This document shows positions 27,590-37,068 of a stretch of 64,000 bases of DNA, one piece after another. Made by a program: the position numbers and the translations under genes. Below the pieces are notes generated by a model. The model was not told the DNA's origin, searched no databases, and saw only the letters and a program-made list of their open reading frames with translations. The stretch is taken from the IMG/VR virus record IMGVR_UViG_3300035492_000236; one strand, written 5' to 3'. Within the stretch, counting starts at the first letter, position 1. The number at the start of each line of letters is the position of its first letter. The DNA comes from a virus. Taxonomy: Duplodnaviria > Caudoviricetes.

Positions 27590-28648
27590 TCATGCGTTAC
27601 TGCGCGTAGTTACAATAACTCCTTGCTCAGACACATGGAGGTCTGGGAAGGTGGCGATAGCACGATCTACGGCGGTTGTCAGTAGCGGCAGCATCACGTT
27701 AAGGTTGTCAGGCTGAAGTTTGATATGGCGATTATCATAACCGTATTGCTCAGCCGCCACCATTAGTACTTCTTTACGAACTTCACGGAAGAACGGTACA
27801 GTCTCCGGATGTATTTGTGCTGTACCCAACTTGCCATGAATCAACCCTTTTAGCATGGGCATGATCGATTTAAAGAACGACCGGTTGTGTTCGAGTAACG
27901 CCATGCAGTTAAGCCTACAGGCCAGCATGTACCGCTCACGGGCGGTAAACCCACACACGTCTTTACAGAAGCGGAACATGTCGGCTATAGACATGGCGGT
28001 AATGAATCTCTGCTGCCCGCCAACTACCAGCGTCGAGTCCTGCGTATGACAGGGGAACGGCCGCCGCAGTCCTCGCAGGTAGTCGTCGCCAAACTCGACA
28101 AACCCCCTGGTAAATGTATAGTAATCCAGGCCATCAATGAGGTGCATGTCCCGCAGCAGCGTATTTGGTATCAGCGTGGCGATGTGCGCACAGTGGTACT
28201 TAATCCACATATACAGTGGGATCTTGGGCGGTTTGTAACCAAACGCACTGCGGTACGTGGTATTGCACCAGCTACGGTAATCATAGCTACGCAATGTCTC
28301 AGGAATGCCCTGATGTTCAAATTCATCAAAGCACTCTTCATCAAACTCAGTTTCGTTGAGGGGCAGGTGGCTACGTACTGCTTTCTCCAGTTCCGCCTTC
28401 CACACATCGCTGCCATCTTCCACGTCGGAGTCAACGTGCACGTACTTCGGTATGAAACCAGACAAGTAATGATCATACCCTTTGCGGTTCGGCGTATGCA
28501 TTTCAACGTTAAGTGTGGCAATCATGTTCTGCCACCCAGCCCACATTCGAGAAGCAATAACACCGTTGGCGGAGTCATCGAACTGTTGGCTATGGAATTG
28601 ATCTGCCACTTTCTTGGGGTCGATGCTAATGCGCTTTTTATTTTCCAT
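27590..28648 (-). CDS. Hypothetical protein, tandem paralog 2
   Basis: RISID...GVIASRMWAGWQNMIAT...TPNR...FIP; MENKK start with AAGGA SD. Confidence 0.75.
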   Translation of the reverse strand: MENKKRISIDPKKVADQFHSQQFDDSANGVIASRMWAGWQNMIATLNVEMHTPNRKGYDHYLSGFIPKYVHVDSDVEDGSDVWKAELEKAVRSHLPLNETEFDEECFDEFEHQGIPETLRSYDYRSWCNTTYRSAFGYKPPKIPLYMWIKYHCAHIATLIPNTLLRDMHLIDGLDYYTFTRGFVEFGDDYLRGLRRPFPCHTQDSTLVVGGQQRFITAMSIADMFRFCKDVCGFTARERYMLACRLNCMALLEHNRSFFKSIMPMLKGLIHGKLGTAQIHPETVPFFREVRKEVLMVAAEQYGYDNRHIKLQPDNLNVMLPLLTTAVDRAIATFPDLHVSEQGVIVTTRSNA

Positions 28649-28751
28649 GTGTTTGTTCCTTTGTTGGATCTGGTCCTCTATTATTTCCCCGAGGACCTTG
28701 AAGGGATACTTCGATAAAGGATGGATGCCAGTGTAATTAAAAAACGTCGAA

Positions 28752-28976
28752 TTACCGTATCGGACGCACCACACCAGAACTACACACCATCATCACTTTG
28801 TATGATGACTCCCGCTCAGGACGATACTCATACTCCTTCTTCATTCTGACACGGGTCGGGTCAATGCCCGACGTCACCATTCGATCTACCATAGCTTCGA
28901 TGGACTTCATATCGATAGACTCATTATCCAGTACATCATTCATGGTAGAGGTGCTCTTTTGCATTCGCTGCTCCAA
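28752..28976 (-). CDS. Hypothetical protein
   Basis: 74-aa ORF. Confidence 0.5.
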   Translation of the reverse strand: MEQRMQKSTSTMNDVLDNESIDMKSIEAMVDRMVTSGIDPTRVRMKKEYEYRPERESSYKVMMVCSSGVVRPIR

Positions 28977-28984
28977 AATTAAAC

Positions 28985-29114
28985 TTACAGTTGTTCGATG
29001 ATCTGATTGATAAGGTTGGCAGTTAGGGGCTTGGGAGGTAGGCCGCGATCAAGGATCGACCACGCGCCGGAAACGCGACCGCGAGATTTATACTGATGGA
29101 TATTTACATGTCAT
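28985..29114 (-). pseudogene. Possible frameshifted 42-aa ORF
   Basis: AAAGGA SD plus ATG at 29114; one extra base after ATG separates it from the open frame HVNIHQYKSRGRVSGAW...IIEQL*. Confidence 0.3.
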
Positions 29115-29126
29115 GAAACCGTTCCT

Positions 29127-29462
29127 TTAATCAATTGCTGAAGTTGCCAACAGCCGCATGGCGTTACGGACGGTGAAATTGTCACCGTCGAAGATAGGCA
29201 GACGAATACGTAACATATCGGGGACAGGAGGACCGCCCGGACGGCCCCGTACTGACATAAACACGTTACTATACATTGCCACGTTGTAGTGCAACCTGAC
29301 GTTCTCAAACCCAGGCACGCGACCATCAACGAAGCTGTCGGTGAAGTTGTAGACGATTTTGTCCCGACGGTCGATTACCGTATGGATATCGAACCGTTCC
29401 TCGTCGACCTGCATGCCGGTGATCGCGAAGTCATCAGCGTTGGCAAGTGGATGTTGCTTCAT
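29127..29462 (-). CDS. Hypothetical protein
   Basis: 111-aa ORF overlapping the HTH gene stop. Confidence 0.6.
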   Translation of the reverse strand: MKQHPLANADDFAITGMQVDEERFDIHTVIDRRDKIVYNFTDSFVDGRVPGFENVRLHYNVAMYSNVFMSVRGRPGGPPVPDMLRIRLPIFDGDNFTVRNAMRLLATSAID

Positions 29463-29746
29463 GAGATTCTCCCAATGCGGTCAGGATCCCCTTCCATCTC
29501 CGACACCACAGCCGGCTCTTCGTCAGTGTGACCCATCAGCCAATTTACCCAGGCACTGCCGAAGTATTTCGAGAGTGCGTAGAGATAAACGGCTTTGGGC
29601 TCGCGGTATCGCTGCTCGTAGTTTTTGATAGTAGTGTGTGGGATGTTGATTCGCACACCCATCTCACGACGGGACAACAAATGCACCAAGCGCATCCGAC
29701 GCAGGCGGTGCGCCAACTGTTCACTCCATTGAGCTTCTGTTAACAT
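29459..29746 (-). CDS. XRE/Cro-CI family helix-turn-helix protein
   Basis: RLRRMR...LSRREMG...IPHTTIKNYEQRYREP...L-x-ALSKYFG...WLMG. Confidence 0.8.
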   Translation of the reverse strand: MLTEAQWSEQLAHRLRRMRLVHLLSRREMGVRINIPHTTIKNYEQRYREPKAVYLYALSKYFGSAWVNWLMGHTDEEPAVVSEMEGDPDRIGRIS

Positions 29747-30756
29747 TCTCGTTTCTCCAATAATGTTGGTGTTGCACCTGATGATATATCTCTATCTTTA
29801 TTTCCATTACGTGCTAGGACGTCATAAACCTCACGCGGTGCAGCAAGGCCCCACTCAAGTGAGTTTACTTTCATCCGAAGTGTATCGGGCTGGGTCAATA
29901 GCGCGCTCCACTCCTCGTTTAGTTCATAATGACGGTTTTTAAAACCGTGTTTAATTGGCTGTCGGTGAACGGTGCCGTTGTACCTTACCGCCACGATGCT
30001 ATCGCCACCATCCATGTACCGGAAATGGCTGACGTTCTTTAACCAACGCGTGGCCTCTTCCGGACCCTCATAATCGCGGAAAGGGACATAGCCTAGATGG
30101 TAACTCTGCAACCGGTGTCGTTCGACAAGTAAACAGCTCGGACAGGCGCCGCACGCATGCGGTATGCCAGTGGAGATAACGTCGGGCCGCTCACAGGCCC
30201 AGTTCATCCACTTTAATGGCGTATTGCCAACGGCGGTTGCATTCAGGAAGCTCGCGAGATCCACTTTGTGTACCTTGGAGAACGGGAATTCGAGCCTGGT
30301 ACGTTTCGTGTTGCGACCCAATAGAGGGTGGTGGGCCGACCACCAACGTTGCAGTTCAGGTAAGAAGGAGATGGCATCATCACCCATGACATACGCCTGG
30401 AGCACCACGTCCACGTCCGGCTTGACGTGCAGCAGCGCCCCGCCCAGCAGCAACAGCGTCTGAGCCAACAATAACCGATCGGCTGTCGTGGTATTCCTTT
30501 CCAGGGTGATGGTGTTAAACGAACGGATACTACCTGGCACGTTACTGATGTACTTCCTGATCTCCCTTTTAAGGCGCTGGCGTGTCAAGTGCTCTACTTC
30601 CAGGTTAGGGATCTGTTCGCCCTCCACGCAGAGAAGATCGACCGCCGCCCCGGCCTGCAGCAGGCCATACAACAGTGTATTGGAGTCGAGTCCGCCCGAC
30701 CACAGCAGAGCCACATTTTTGTTTTTGTATTTGCGCAGCACCTGTTCAACAATCAT
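29740..30756 (-). CDS. queC: QueC-like PP-loop ATP pyrophosphatase with C-terminal extension
   Basis: LLWSGGLDS PP-loop and zinc site WACERP...CGACPSC. Confidence 0.75.
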   Translation of the reverse strand: MIVEQVLRKYKNKNVALLWSGGLDSNTLLYGLLQAGAAVDLLCVEGEQIPNLEVEHLTRQRLKREIRKYISNVPGSIRSFNTITLERNTTTADRLLLAQTLLLLGGALLHVKPDVDVVLQAYVMGDDAISFLPELQRWWSAHHPLLGRNTKRTRLEFPFSKVHKVDLASFLNATAVGNTPLKWMNWACERPDVISTGIPHACGACPSCLLVERHRLQSYHLGYVPFRDYEGPEEATRWLKNVSHFRYMDGGDSIVAVRYNGTVHRQPIKHGFKNRHYELNEEWSALLTQPDTLRMKVNSLEWGLAAPREVYDVLARNGNKDRDISSGATPTLLEKREC

Positions 30757-30947
30757 TGATTACCGTCCCATTTGATCACGTCCATTTTTCCGTTAAATAC
30801 TTGCCATGCCAACTTAACCCGCTCGCGCAGCGTCCTATGGTTTACTGGACGGGCCGGGATCCATCGTCCCCGGCACTGCGTAGCCGTACCTGCAATCGTG
30901 CCTACTGAACGAGGGGTGTATTCATTAATAGTCACATAACGTTTCAT
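30753..30947 (-). CDS. Hypothetical protein
   Basis: 64-aa ORF overlapping both neighbours. Confidence 0.6.
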   Translation of the reverse strand: MKRYVTINEYTPRSVGTIAGTATQCRGRWIPARPVNHRTLRERVKLAWQVFNGKMDVIKWDGNQ

Positions 30948-31525
30948 AGCGCTTCCCTTAGTTGGATTAGTTTTTTATCGATTTCATCAAAGCCGTCTTT
31001 GTCCAGCAAATTAATCACTGGTACGCCATGCATCTTGGCAATCTTAACAGCGGTGGCGGTTCCGCCTTTAACCACACCGCTACGCGTCGTGTAAGCACTG
31101 CAGAGAACAAACTCTACCGGTTCGTTGAGTTCCGGACCAAGGATCTGGTAGACATTACGTGCGTGCAATTGGCGCATGAACCGAGTTAGGTTATGCCAGC
31201 CACCATGGATGTCTCGTGCTAACCTGGCGGCCTCGTTGCGAATAGTCCTTTCTAACATGGCGTTACGACAGGCCCCGCCTAGATCGCCGTGGGCAAACCC
31301 ATTGAAATGGTGGTCTGGCAGCCAGATCGTGCCGAATTCGGCACCAGGATACCCTGTATCTACAGACATCCGATAGATAGCGTTAGATAATGCTGTGTCA
31401 GGTCCTGGAGCGCCGCCAGAGACACCATGATACCCTAAGGTGAGTAACTCTACCGCGTATTCTTCCAAGGCGTCACAGACGGTCTGAGGCGTCTTACGCG
31501 AACCTATGATTGCTACTTTTTTCAT
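30944..31525 (-). CDS. SLOG-superfamily (DprA/YpsA-like) Rossmannoid protein
   Basis: KVAIIGSR...SGGAPGPD...HARN...GGTATAVKIA...GVPVINL. Confidence 0.75.
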   Translation of the reverse strand: MKKVAIIGSRKTPQTVCDALEEYAVELLTLGYHGVSGGAPGPDTALSNAIYRMSVDTGYPGAEFGTIWLPDHHFNGFAHGDLGGACRNAMLERTIRNEAARLARDIHGGWHNLTRFMRQLHARNVYQILGPELNEPVEFVLCSAYTTRSGVVKGGTATAVKIAKMHGVPVINLLDKDGFDEIDKKLIQLREAL

Positions 31526-31590
31526 ACGTCCTCCATGATGATTAACGCAGCGGTAGAAAAAAAAGCGATGGGCCGAAGCCCACCGTGTAG

Positions 31591-32907
31591 TCAAGGTTTG
31601 CCCACCTTCAACTGTGCCATCAGTTGGTCTTTGTAATGCTGACTAACCCCCGACATCAGCAAGAACCGCATGACAGTGTCATCGTCCACATCGTCCAAGA
31701 TTCGCGCCACTACCAAGTCCAGGTCATCGTCACTGAAGTCCACGCCGGGACACTTAGCGATGATTTCCGATACAGAGATGGCATCCGCGTCCACATGTTC
31801 AATGCAATACAGCGCAGAACGCTTGTAGGCGCGCGGTGTCTGCAAGAAGAACATCATCGAGGGGTCATCCTTATACGTCAAGCAGAACTCGTTCAGCAGC
31901 TCCTTAGACGCATTCAGGATCAACTTGTCGAAGAGTTGTCGACGGAACGAGTCAATCCCTACCGCCACGGCGATTTCGGGATATACCGTTTCGCGCATGG
32001 CCGACGTCAGGTGGTCGTTCTCGTACAATGCAATCATGTCCACCGGCTTGCCGTGTTTGGCGATTGCGGCCATGATGTCGTGAATGGTGGATTTATCAAA
32101 CCGTCCCTTGGCTGCCAGGTATTTGATCGCTCGCGGATTGGTCGGTTGGCTGGAGAGCAGGTACTCGGTTTGCGTGACTGTGTCCGGCGACTTCAAGTTG
32201 GCGTAGAACTCATTGCTATTGAAGTGGTTTGACGTGGTCAGCAAGAGCTGCTCAGTCAGCTCTTCGTTGTACGTACTACAAGCCATCAGGATCAGTCGAG
32301 AGGTCAGGTAGTTCCAATCAGAACTCTCCGACAGTTCCATCAGTGCCGGGTCAACTAGCATGGTAGGGTGGTTAATCTGCTCCAGGTGCTTGATGATCGC
32401 AGGGCTGGCGTCAGTTAGGCTGTACCGTCGCAGATCCTCCGGCTGCGTGATGGGCAAGGTACCGTCTTGAAACGCCTGTTCAATCAGTGCCCGCTTGACC
32501 TCCACCGACACCGTGGGATTGTTCAACACGCTGTCTAGCCGCACGTTGTAATCGTGAGCTTCTTGCAATGTGATGTTATCGTAACACCGCACGAAGTACG
32601 ACGGCGGCAACGTATCACGAAACACGTCCACGGTGAACGCCAGGTGGTTGATCTTGGGGTTAGTGGTAACCGCCACCAGCTCATTACGAGCAAAGGTGTT
32701 AATGTCCATGGCCCGCACACGCTCAGGTGTCAGGCGTGTCCAAGCACGCAACATCTGTGCACGGGTTAGCGCCCCCTTACGCAGTAGAATATAAATGTCC
32801 TCCTCTGGCAGGTCTAGACGTGTGGACTCATACCGTTCCAACACCTCCGAGATACCACTGGAACGATTTGTAAAGAACTTCAGGTTGTCCTTATTAATGA
32901 CCAGCAT
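31591..32907 (-). CDS. Hypothetical 438-aa helical protein
   Basis: Long ORF with AGGAGG SD. Confidence 0.75.
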   Translation of the reverse strand: MLVINKDNLKFFTNRSSGISEVLERYESTRLDLPEEDIYILLRKGALTRAQMLRAWTRLTPERVRAMDINTFARNELVAVTTNPKINHLAFTVDVFRDTLPPSYFVRCYDNITLQEAHDYNVRLDSVLNNPTVSVEVKRALIEQAFQDGTLPITQPEDLRRYSLTDASPAIIKHLEQINHPTMLVDPALMELSESSDWNYLTSRLILMACSTYNEELTEQLLLTTSNHFNSNEFYANLKSPDTVTQTEYLLSSQPTNPRAIKYLAAKGRFDKSTIHDIMAAIAKHGKPVDMIALYENDHLTSAMRETVYPEIAVAVGIDSFRRQLFDKLILNASKELLNEFCLTYKDDPSMMFFLQTPRAYKRSALYCIEHVDADAISVSEIIAKCPGVDFSDDDLDLVVARILDDVDDDTVMRFLLMSGVSQHYKDQLMAQLKVGKP

Positions 32908-33118
32908 AGCTTATTCCTCCTGTCGTGTCTTCCTGACACGGGTATACAAAGTCCGTCTATCCCAAACGGTCCGTTGTGGCAGAACCTACTCCCCACCACA
33001 ACGGGAAGCTACATCACTGCCATGAAGCATGTGGATGATATATGTCCAACATGTTTTACAAGGCAGGTCACGGACGCACCCTCTCCTCCTAATACGTCAG
33101 GCGCTATGTATAATAAGA

Positions 33119-33877
33119 TTAATCGCCCCGCTCGATGTACGAGTCTATTATCGATACGATACGGTAATACGATTCCAGGCTAATTACCGTGAGCTTTTGC
33201 TGATCAGGTTTAAACGCACTTGCTGGCGCCTCCACTGCACACACTAGCACCCCCTCACTGTTCGGCAAACGAAACGCACCTGCCCCATTGGCCAATAGCT
33301 TAGCGGCCAAATCCCCATCTATCAGGTTTCTACTAATACTGTCCAGTGTGTTTACCAACCGGTAGATGCGGTAGCCTTCTAACTCCCACAGTCGCTCATC
33401 CATCTTGGCGGCCAGGTCATCCATCAGATAACGAGAACCCAACGCACGGTCGAACGTCGCACCGGCGGCCGTTTTATTGATCGCCTGTGCCACCACAAAC
33501 CCACCAGGCAGAGAGCTGAGACCGAGCAGCGCAGGAATACCTTGAACGTTGATGTCTGTGATATCCTTATTCGCCAACGTGTGGAGCTTATTGAGGTGAC
33601 TACTGTCGACCTTGCGGTAATCTTTCCATAATAACCCATATATAGGACGGCGAAGTAACGTCAGGGCTGCTATCCGTCCTTGCGGCAACATTTCGAAGAA
33701 GCTCTCTTTCATGTCTACCATTTTAGGATTATCAAAGTAATAAAGGTAGCGACCCTCCATCGGCACCGACAACAACACCGCAATCGAGCGGTCGGTGGCA
33801 GCAAACTGCGCACCGCGATCAAAGAACCGTGCGGTCTTTTTGATCCACTCAATCGGGTTATTCAACAACTCACTCAT
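33119..33877 (-). CDS. Hypothetical protein
   Basis: 252-aa ORF with GGAG SD. Confidence 0.7.
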   Translation of the reverse strand: MSELLNNPIEWIKKTARFFDRGAQFAATDRSIAVLLSVPMEGRYLYYFDNPKMVDMKESFFEMLPQGRIAALTLLRRPIYGLLWKDYRKVDSSHLNKLHTLANKDITDINVQGIPALLGLSSLPGGFVVAQAINKTAAGATFDRALGSRYLMDDLAAKMDERLWELEGYRIYRLVNTLDSISRNLIDGDLAAKLLANGAGAFRLPNSEGVLVCAVEAPASAFKPDQQKLTVISLESYYRIVSIIDSYIERGD

Positions 33878-33955
33878 ACAAGGTCTCCGTTAAAGGTCAC
33901 AATTCAATAGAATGCGGATGGAGGTAAGAATTAACAGGTGGTTGTTTTGACGCAC

Positions 33956-33984
33956 AAAAAAAAAGGAGGGGCCGAAGCCCCTCC
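33956..33984 (-). terminator. Intrinsic terminator
   Basis: GGAGGGGC-TTCG-GCCCCTCC-T9. Confidence 0.88.
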
Positions 33985-34004
33985 AATTACTTAGCAGTGG
34001 TCAC

Positions 34005-34538
34005 TTACGGAGCAGCGGGAGCCGGGGCTTCAAAGCCATTCAGCAGGTTGGTCGCTACACGGGTCGCCAGAGAGTCAACTACAGCGATGTCGAAGTGGTT
34101 GGTGTATGCCAGGTTCTCGGCTTTTGCAGAGACGCGCAGTACGCCAGCAGACTGGACAGCAACAGTGAAGTCAGCGTCAGTCATGGCCACGCCGAACTTA
34201 CGCAGGATCTCTGCGAAGAACACGGCGTTGTCTTCAGGCAGACCGTTCACGTTCAGGGGCACGTCAACTTCACGGAAGTTGGGGTTGATCACGCTGAACA
34301 GTTCGGTCAGGTCGATGCGCTTGTAGGTGAACTCAACGTAGTCGCCTTCCACTTCAGAAGGCATGGTCAGCAGGTCGATCTGGACAGAAGTATCCTGGAT
34401 GTCGCCCACTTCGCCCACGAAGGGCTGCGGAGGCAGGATAGCCACGTCGGCTTCAACCAGACCCAGGTTGTTGGCGTCGTTGAGCAGACCCAGCAGCATT
34501 TCGACCGGGCGCTTGGTCATATCAGTGATGTATGCCAT
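34005..34538 (-). CDS. Stand-alone virion adaptor-family protein
   Basis: KRIDLTELFSVI...REVDV...RKFG...NLAY...LLNGF is the adaptor with no C-terminal domain; strong codon bias. Confidence 0.7.
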   Translation of the reverse strand: MAYITDMTKRPVEMLLGLLNDANNLGLVEADVAILPPQPFVGEVGDIQDTSVQIDLLTMPSEVEGDYVEFTYKRIDLTELFSVINPNFREVDVPLNVNGLPEDNAVFFAEILRKFGVAMTDADFTVAVQSAGVLRVSAKAENLAYTNHFDIAVVDSLATRVATNLLNGFEAPAPAAP

Positions 34539-34613
34539 GGAGATTTTTCCTTTCTTGGGATTTGAGGATTAACGTAAGCAAACTCAGGCGGCAACTACGT
34601 CACCGCCAGACCA

Positions 34614-35186
34614 TTACTCAACTACGTCAGCTTCCTGAATCGGGCTGTAGATAAAGCCGTTCAGCTTAGTAGTGGTGATGGTTTCAGAGAAGTGCTTCGG
34701 CATCTGGAAAGAGACAGTGGGCTTGAAGACCATTGACTCAACGGTAAAGTCCAGGAAGTACCGGTTAGACACGCCATCCAGGCGACGGACCACGCTGACG
34801 GTTTCAGCAGCGGCGTTCAGATCGATACCGTCACGCAGGGCAGCAGCTTTAAACGCGGCGATGGCAGCGGTAACGGAGGCAACGGGATCCCATTCGTCGG
34901 GAGCGTACCAGTCGAAGTCGCCGTCTTCCAGGGTCATTGCAGTGACGTCAGCCAGCGCTACCTTGTTGAAGTACACTTCAACAGTATCGGGAGCGTAGTT
35001 GGCGTTTTGCAGGGTGACGGCGTACTCACGCGGAATGGCTTCTTCAGGAGCCACTTCACGCTCGTTCACCAGCAGAACATCTGCCAGAGTCAGCGCGGTA
35101 CCCACAGTGGCCACGTTGTCGTGGTTCACCAGCTCGATGAAGCTTTGCTTGTGGGCCTTAGTCATGTCAAGAACGTAGTTTGCCAT
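34614..35186 (-). CDS. Divergent adaptor-family virion protein
   Basis: YVLDMTK N-terminus and KLNGF C-terminus; TATG promoter; strong codon bias. Confidence 0.65.
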   Translation of the reverse strand: MANYVLDMTKAHKQSFIELVNHDNVATVGTALTLADVLLVNEREVAPEEAIPREYAVTLQNANYAPDTVEVYFNKVALADVTAMTLEDGDFDWYAPDEWDPVASVTAAIAAFKAAALRDGIDLNAAAETVSVVRRLDGVSNRYFLDFTVESMVFKPTVSFQMPKHFSETITTTKLNGFIYSPIQEADVVE

Positions 35187-35232
35187 GATTTTGTCCTTAT
35201 TGATGATGGGAAAGTGAGTGTAGACAAGTTTC

Positions 35233-35245
35233 TACATAGTATACA
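35233..35245 (-). promoter_or_regulatory. Late TATG promoter
   Basis: TATACTATGTAGA upstream of a virion gene; other intergenic TATG sites near 7303, 11166, 14135, 19240 (+), 26430, 38093, 40798 and 56062; TATG is the established phiKZ nvRNAP late consensus. Confidence 0.6.
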
Positions 35246-35314
35246 ATATCGGCAGTTTATATCCGAAGCGCATCGCCCCAGTGTTTATGCGGGTTTGCTG
35301 AGAAAAGTTTTATT

Positions 35315-36613
35315 TTAACCGTAAATTACGATGTCGCTGGTTTTATAGCCAGGCATGAATATTACTTTGTTTGTAACTGCCGCTATCCCATGTTGACTCC
35401 TAGTAGGTACCGGTCCGGTCAGCGTTGACCATTCACCTGTTATAGTGTTATACTTTTCGAAATTTGCGCTATTCGAGCTACTTATATACACGTTATTTCC
35501 ATGTGTTGTTACTGCGGCATATTGCCGTTTAACAAGTCCTCCTGGAATGTCCGTTAACTCGCCAGTAGTTAAGTCCAATTTTGAAAAGCCATCATGGTAA
35601 ACCAAGTACCAATCTTTTCCTATGGTTTTACCGCCAAAGTAATAACCGAGATCTCGCATCCCTCCAAAGGCCAACTCCCAGCTACCACTGACTGTGTCAA
35701 ATGCTGCAACTTGCGTCCCGAAGTAATAATAAACTTTCTTATTGTGGTACGCAATATTCGACGATACGCCAGATGCGAATTGTCCGGGCAACGACGGAAG
35801 CGCGACCCATACCCTTGAGGATAACGAATACCTTATAAATTGTCTTGCCGTCTGTCCCGCCCCCATGACGTACAGATATTCCCCATCTGTGCACATTGAA
35901 TGGTTTAGCGAAATCAGGGGCGACCCCAAGGATGTCCATGTGTTTGTCGAATAGTCGTATCTAAAAAAGGCGCTATTGGGCGTTGATGGGGACGCTCGCC
36001 GCCCACCGTGCATAAATACGACATCGCCCACGGCCACAGAAGCATATGCAAACCTATCATCTGCGTATGTTGGGTTGTTTATTTTAACATAGACGTCGTC
36101 TATAACGACCTCAGTCGTCAACTCAAATCCGTTCAGCTCACGATAGCCGATTCGACTGTCCAATGACAATTCAATCACGAGCGGACTGTATCCTACAAAA
36201 GCGGGGTTATTTACCTTCGCGAAGAACACGTCATGCCCTTCGATTTGTTTGACGCCAAACATCCCACTCTCAGTATTGATACCGTACTTCCTCGCCACCT
36301 CCTGAAGTACCAGCACCTCATCAAAGCTACCGTCTGCCTTAATATCGACTTCCCTGAGTTTGACCTCGACCACACTAAACAGCGTCGCCAAGTCAATTCG
36401 GTTAAAGTGGATTGACGCATACGGCACGTCTGCAGTTTCAGGGTGTCCCACCAACGTCACATCGACAACCGTGTTATATGGTTCCAATGGCGAAGGCTTA
36501 GGTTCCGACCCGACGGTCAGTTCAACTTCACTGTAGTTAGTGTCATTGAAATGGTTAAAGAGTTCACGCATCAGTGTACTAGGATGTTTATTCAACTCTA
36601 CAACATACGACAT
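35315..36613 (-). CDS. Virion adaptor plus Kelch beta-propeller (second copy)
   Basis: MSYVVELNK start (36613) with AAGGAG SD; adaptor highly similar to 12541-13854; Kelch repeats VFMHGG, YDYSTNTW. Confidence 0.8.
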   Translation of the reverse strand: MSYVVELNKHPSTLMRELFNHFNDTNYSEVELTVGSEPKPSPLEPYNTVVDVTLVGHPETADVPYASIHFNRIDLATLFSVVEVKLREVDIKADGSFDEVLVLQEVARKYGINTESGMFGVKQIEGHDVFFAKVNNPAFVGYSPLVIELSLDSRIGYRELNGFELTTEVVIDDVYVKINNPTYADDRFAYASVAVGDVVFMHGGRRASPSTPNSAFFRYDYSTNTWTSLGSPLISLNHSMCTDGEYLYVMGAGQTARQFIRYSLSSRVWVALPSLPGQFASGVSSNIAYHNKKVYYYFGTQVAAFDTVSGSWELAFGGMRDLGYYFGGKTIGKDWYLVYHDGFSKLDLTTGELTDIPGGLVKRQYAAVTTHGNNVYISSSNSANFEKYNTITGEWSTLTGPVPTRSQHGIAAVTNKVIFMPGYKTSDIVIYG

Positions 36614-36748
36614 CTCTAAGCTCCTTCCGATAAAAAAAATGTGCCTTATCAAAAGATGCAAAAAAAAAGAGGGCAGGCATAACGCCTGCCCCCCATAAAA
36701 CCACGGTCCGTCTTGCACACCGTCCCGTGGGCTTCCCTCTAACCTAAC

Positions 36749-36979
36749 TCAGTTTACAGAACAGTTCTTGGCAGAACCGTTCTCAAATTCCCAACCAAAG
36801 TCCGGATGGTAGTCTACTACCAGACTCGGATCGATTTGTTTGACGCCGTCTTGCAATACGCAAGACAGGACGGCTTCGCCAGATTGTACCTGTGCCAGCA
36901 GGTCGGCACTGGACAGGTTCAGGCCAACCAACAGAACAACGGCAACGACGATGGCGATAACAACATGATAACGTTTCAT
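36749..36979 (-). CDS. Small exported or membrane-anchored protein with two cysteines
   Basis: N-terminal hydrophobic segment; SC...GWEFENGSAKNC. Confidence 0.7.
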   Translation of the reverse strand: MKRYHVVIAIVVAVVLLVGLNLSSADLLAQVQSGEAVLSCVLQDGVKQIDPSLVVDYHPDFGWEFENGSAKNCSVN

Positions 36980-37068
36980 ACTCGAATCTCCTAGATATTA
37001 AAGTCGGTTAGTGCACGTTTAGTGTGCAACTTCACCTAGATGATATATATCTGAGATTTCTTTTATTG

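Noticed and set aside
32975-33004. preQ1 riboswitch (AGGTTC in a stem, queC nearby)
   Set aside because: No A-rich 3' tail, and a terminator at about 31557-31586 separates it from queC
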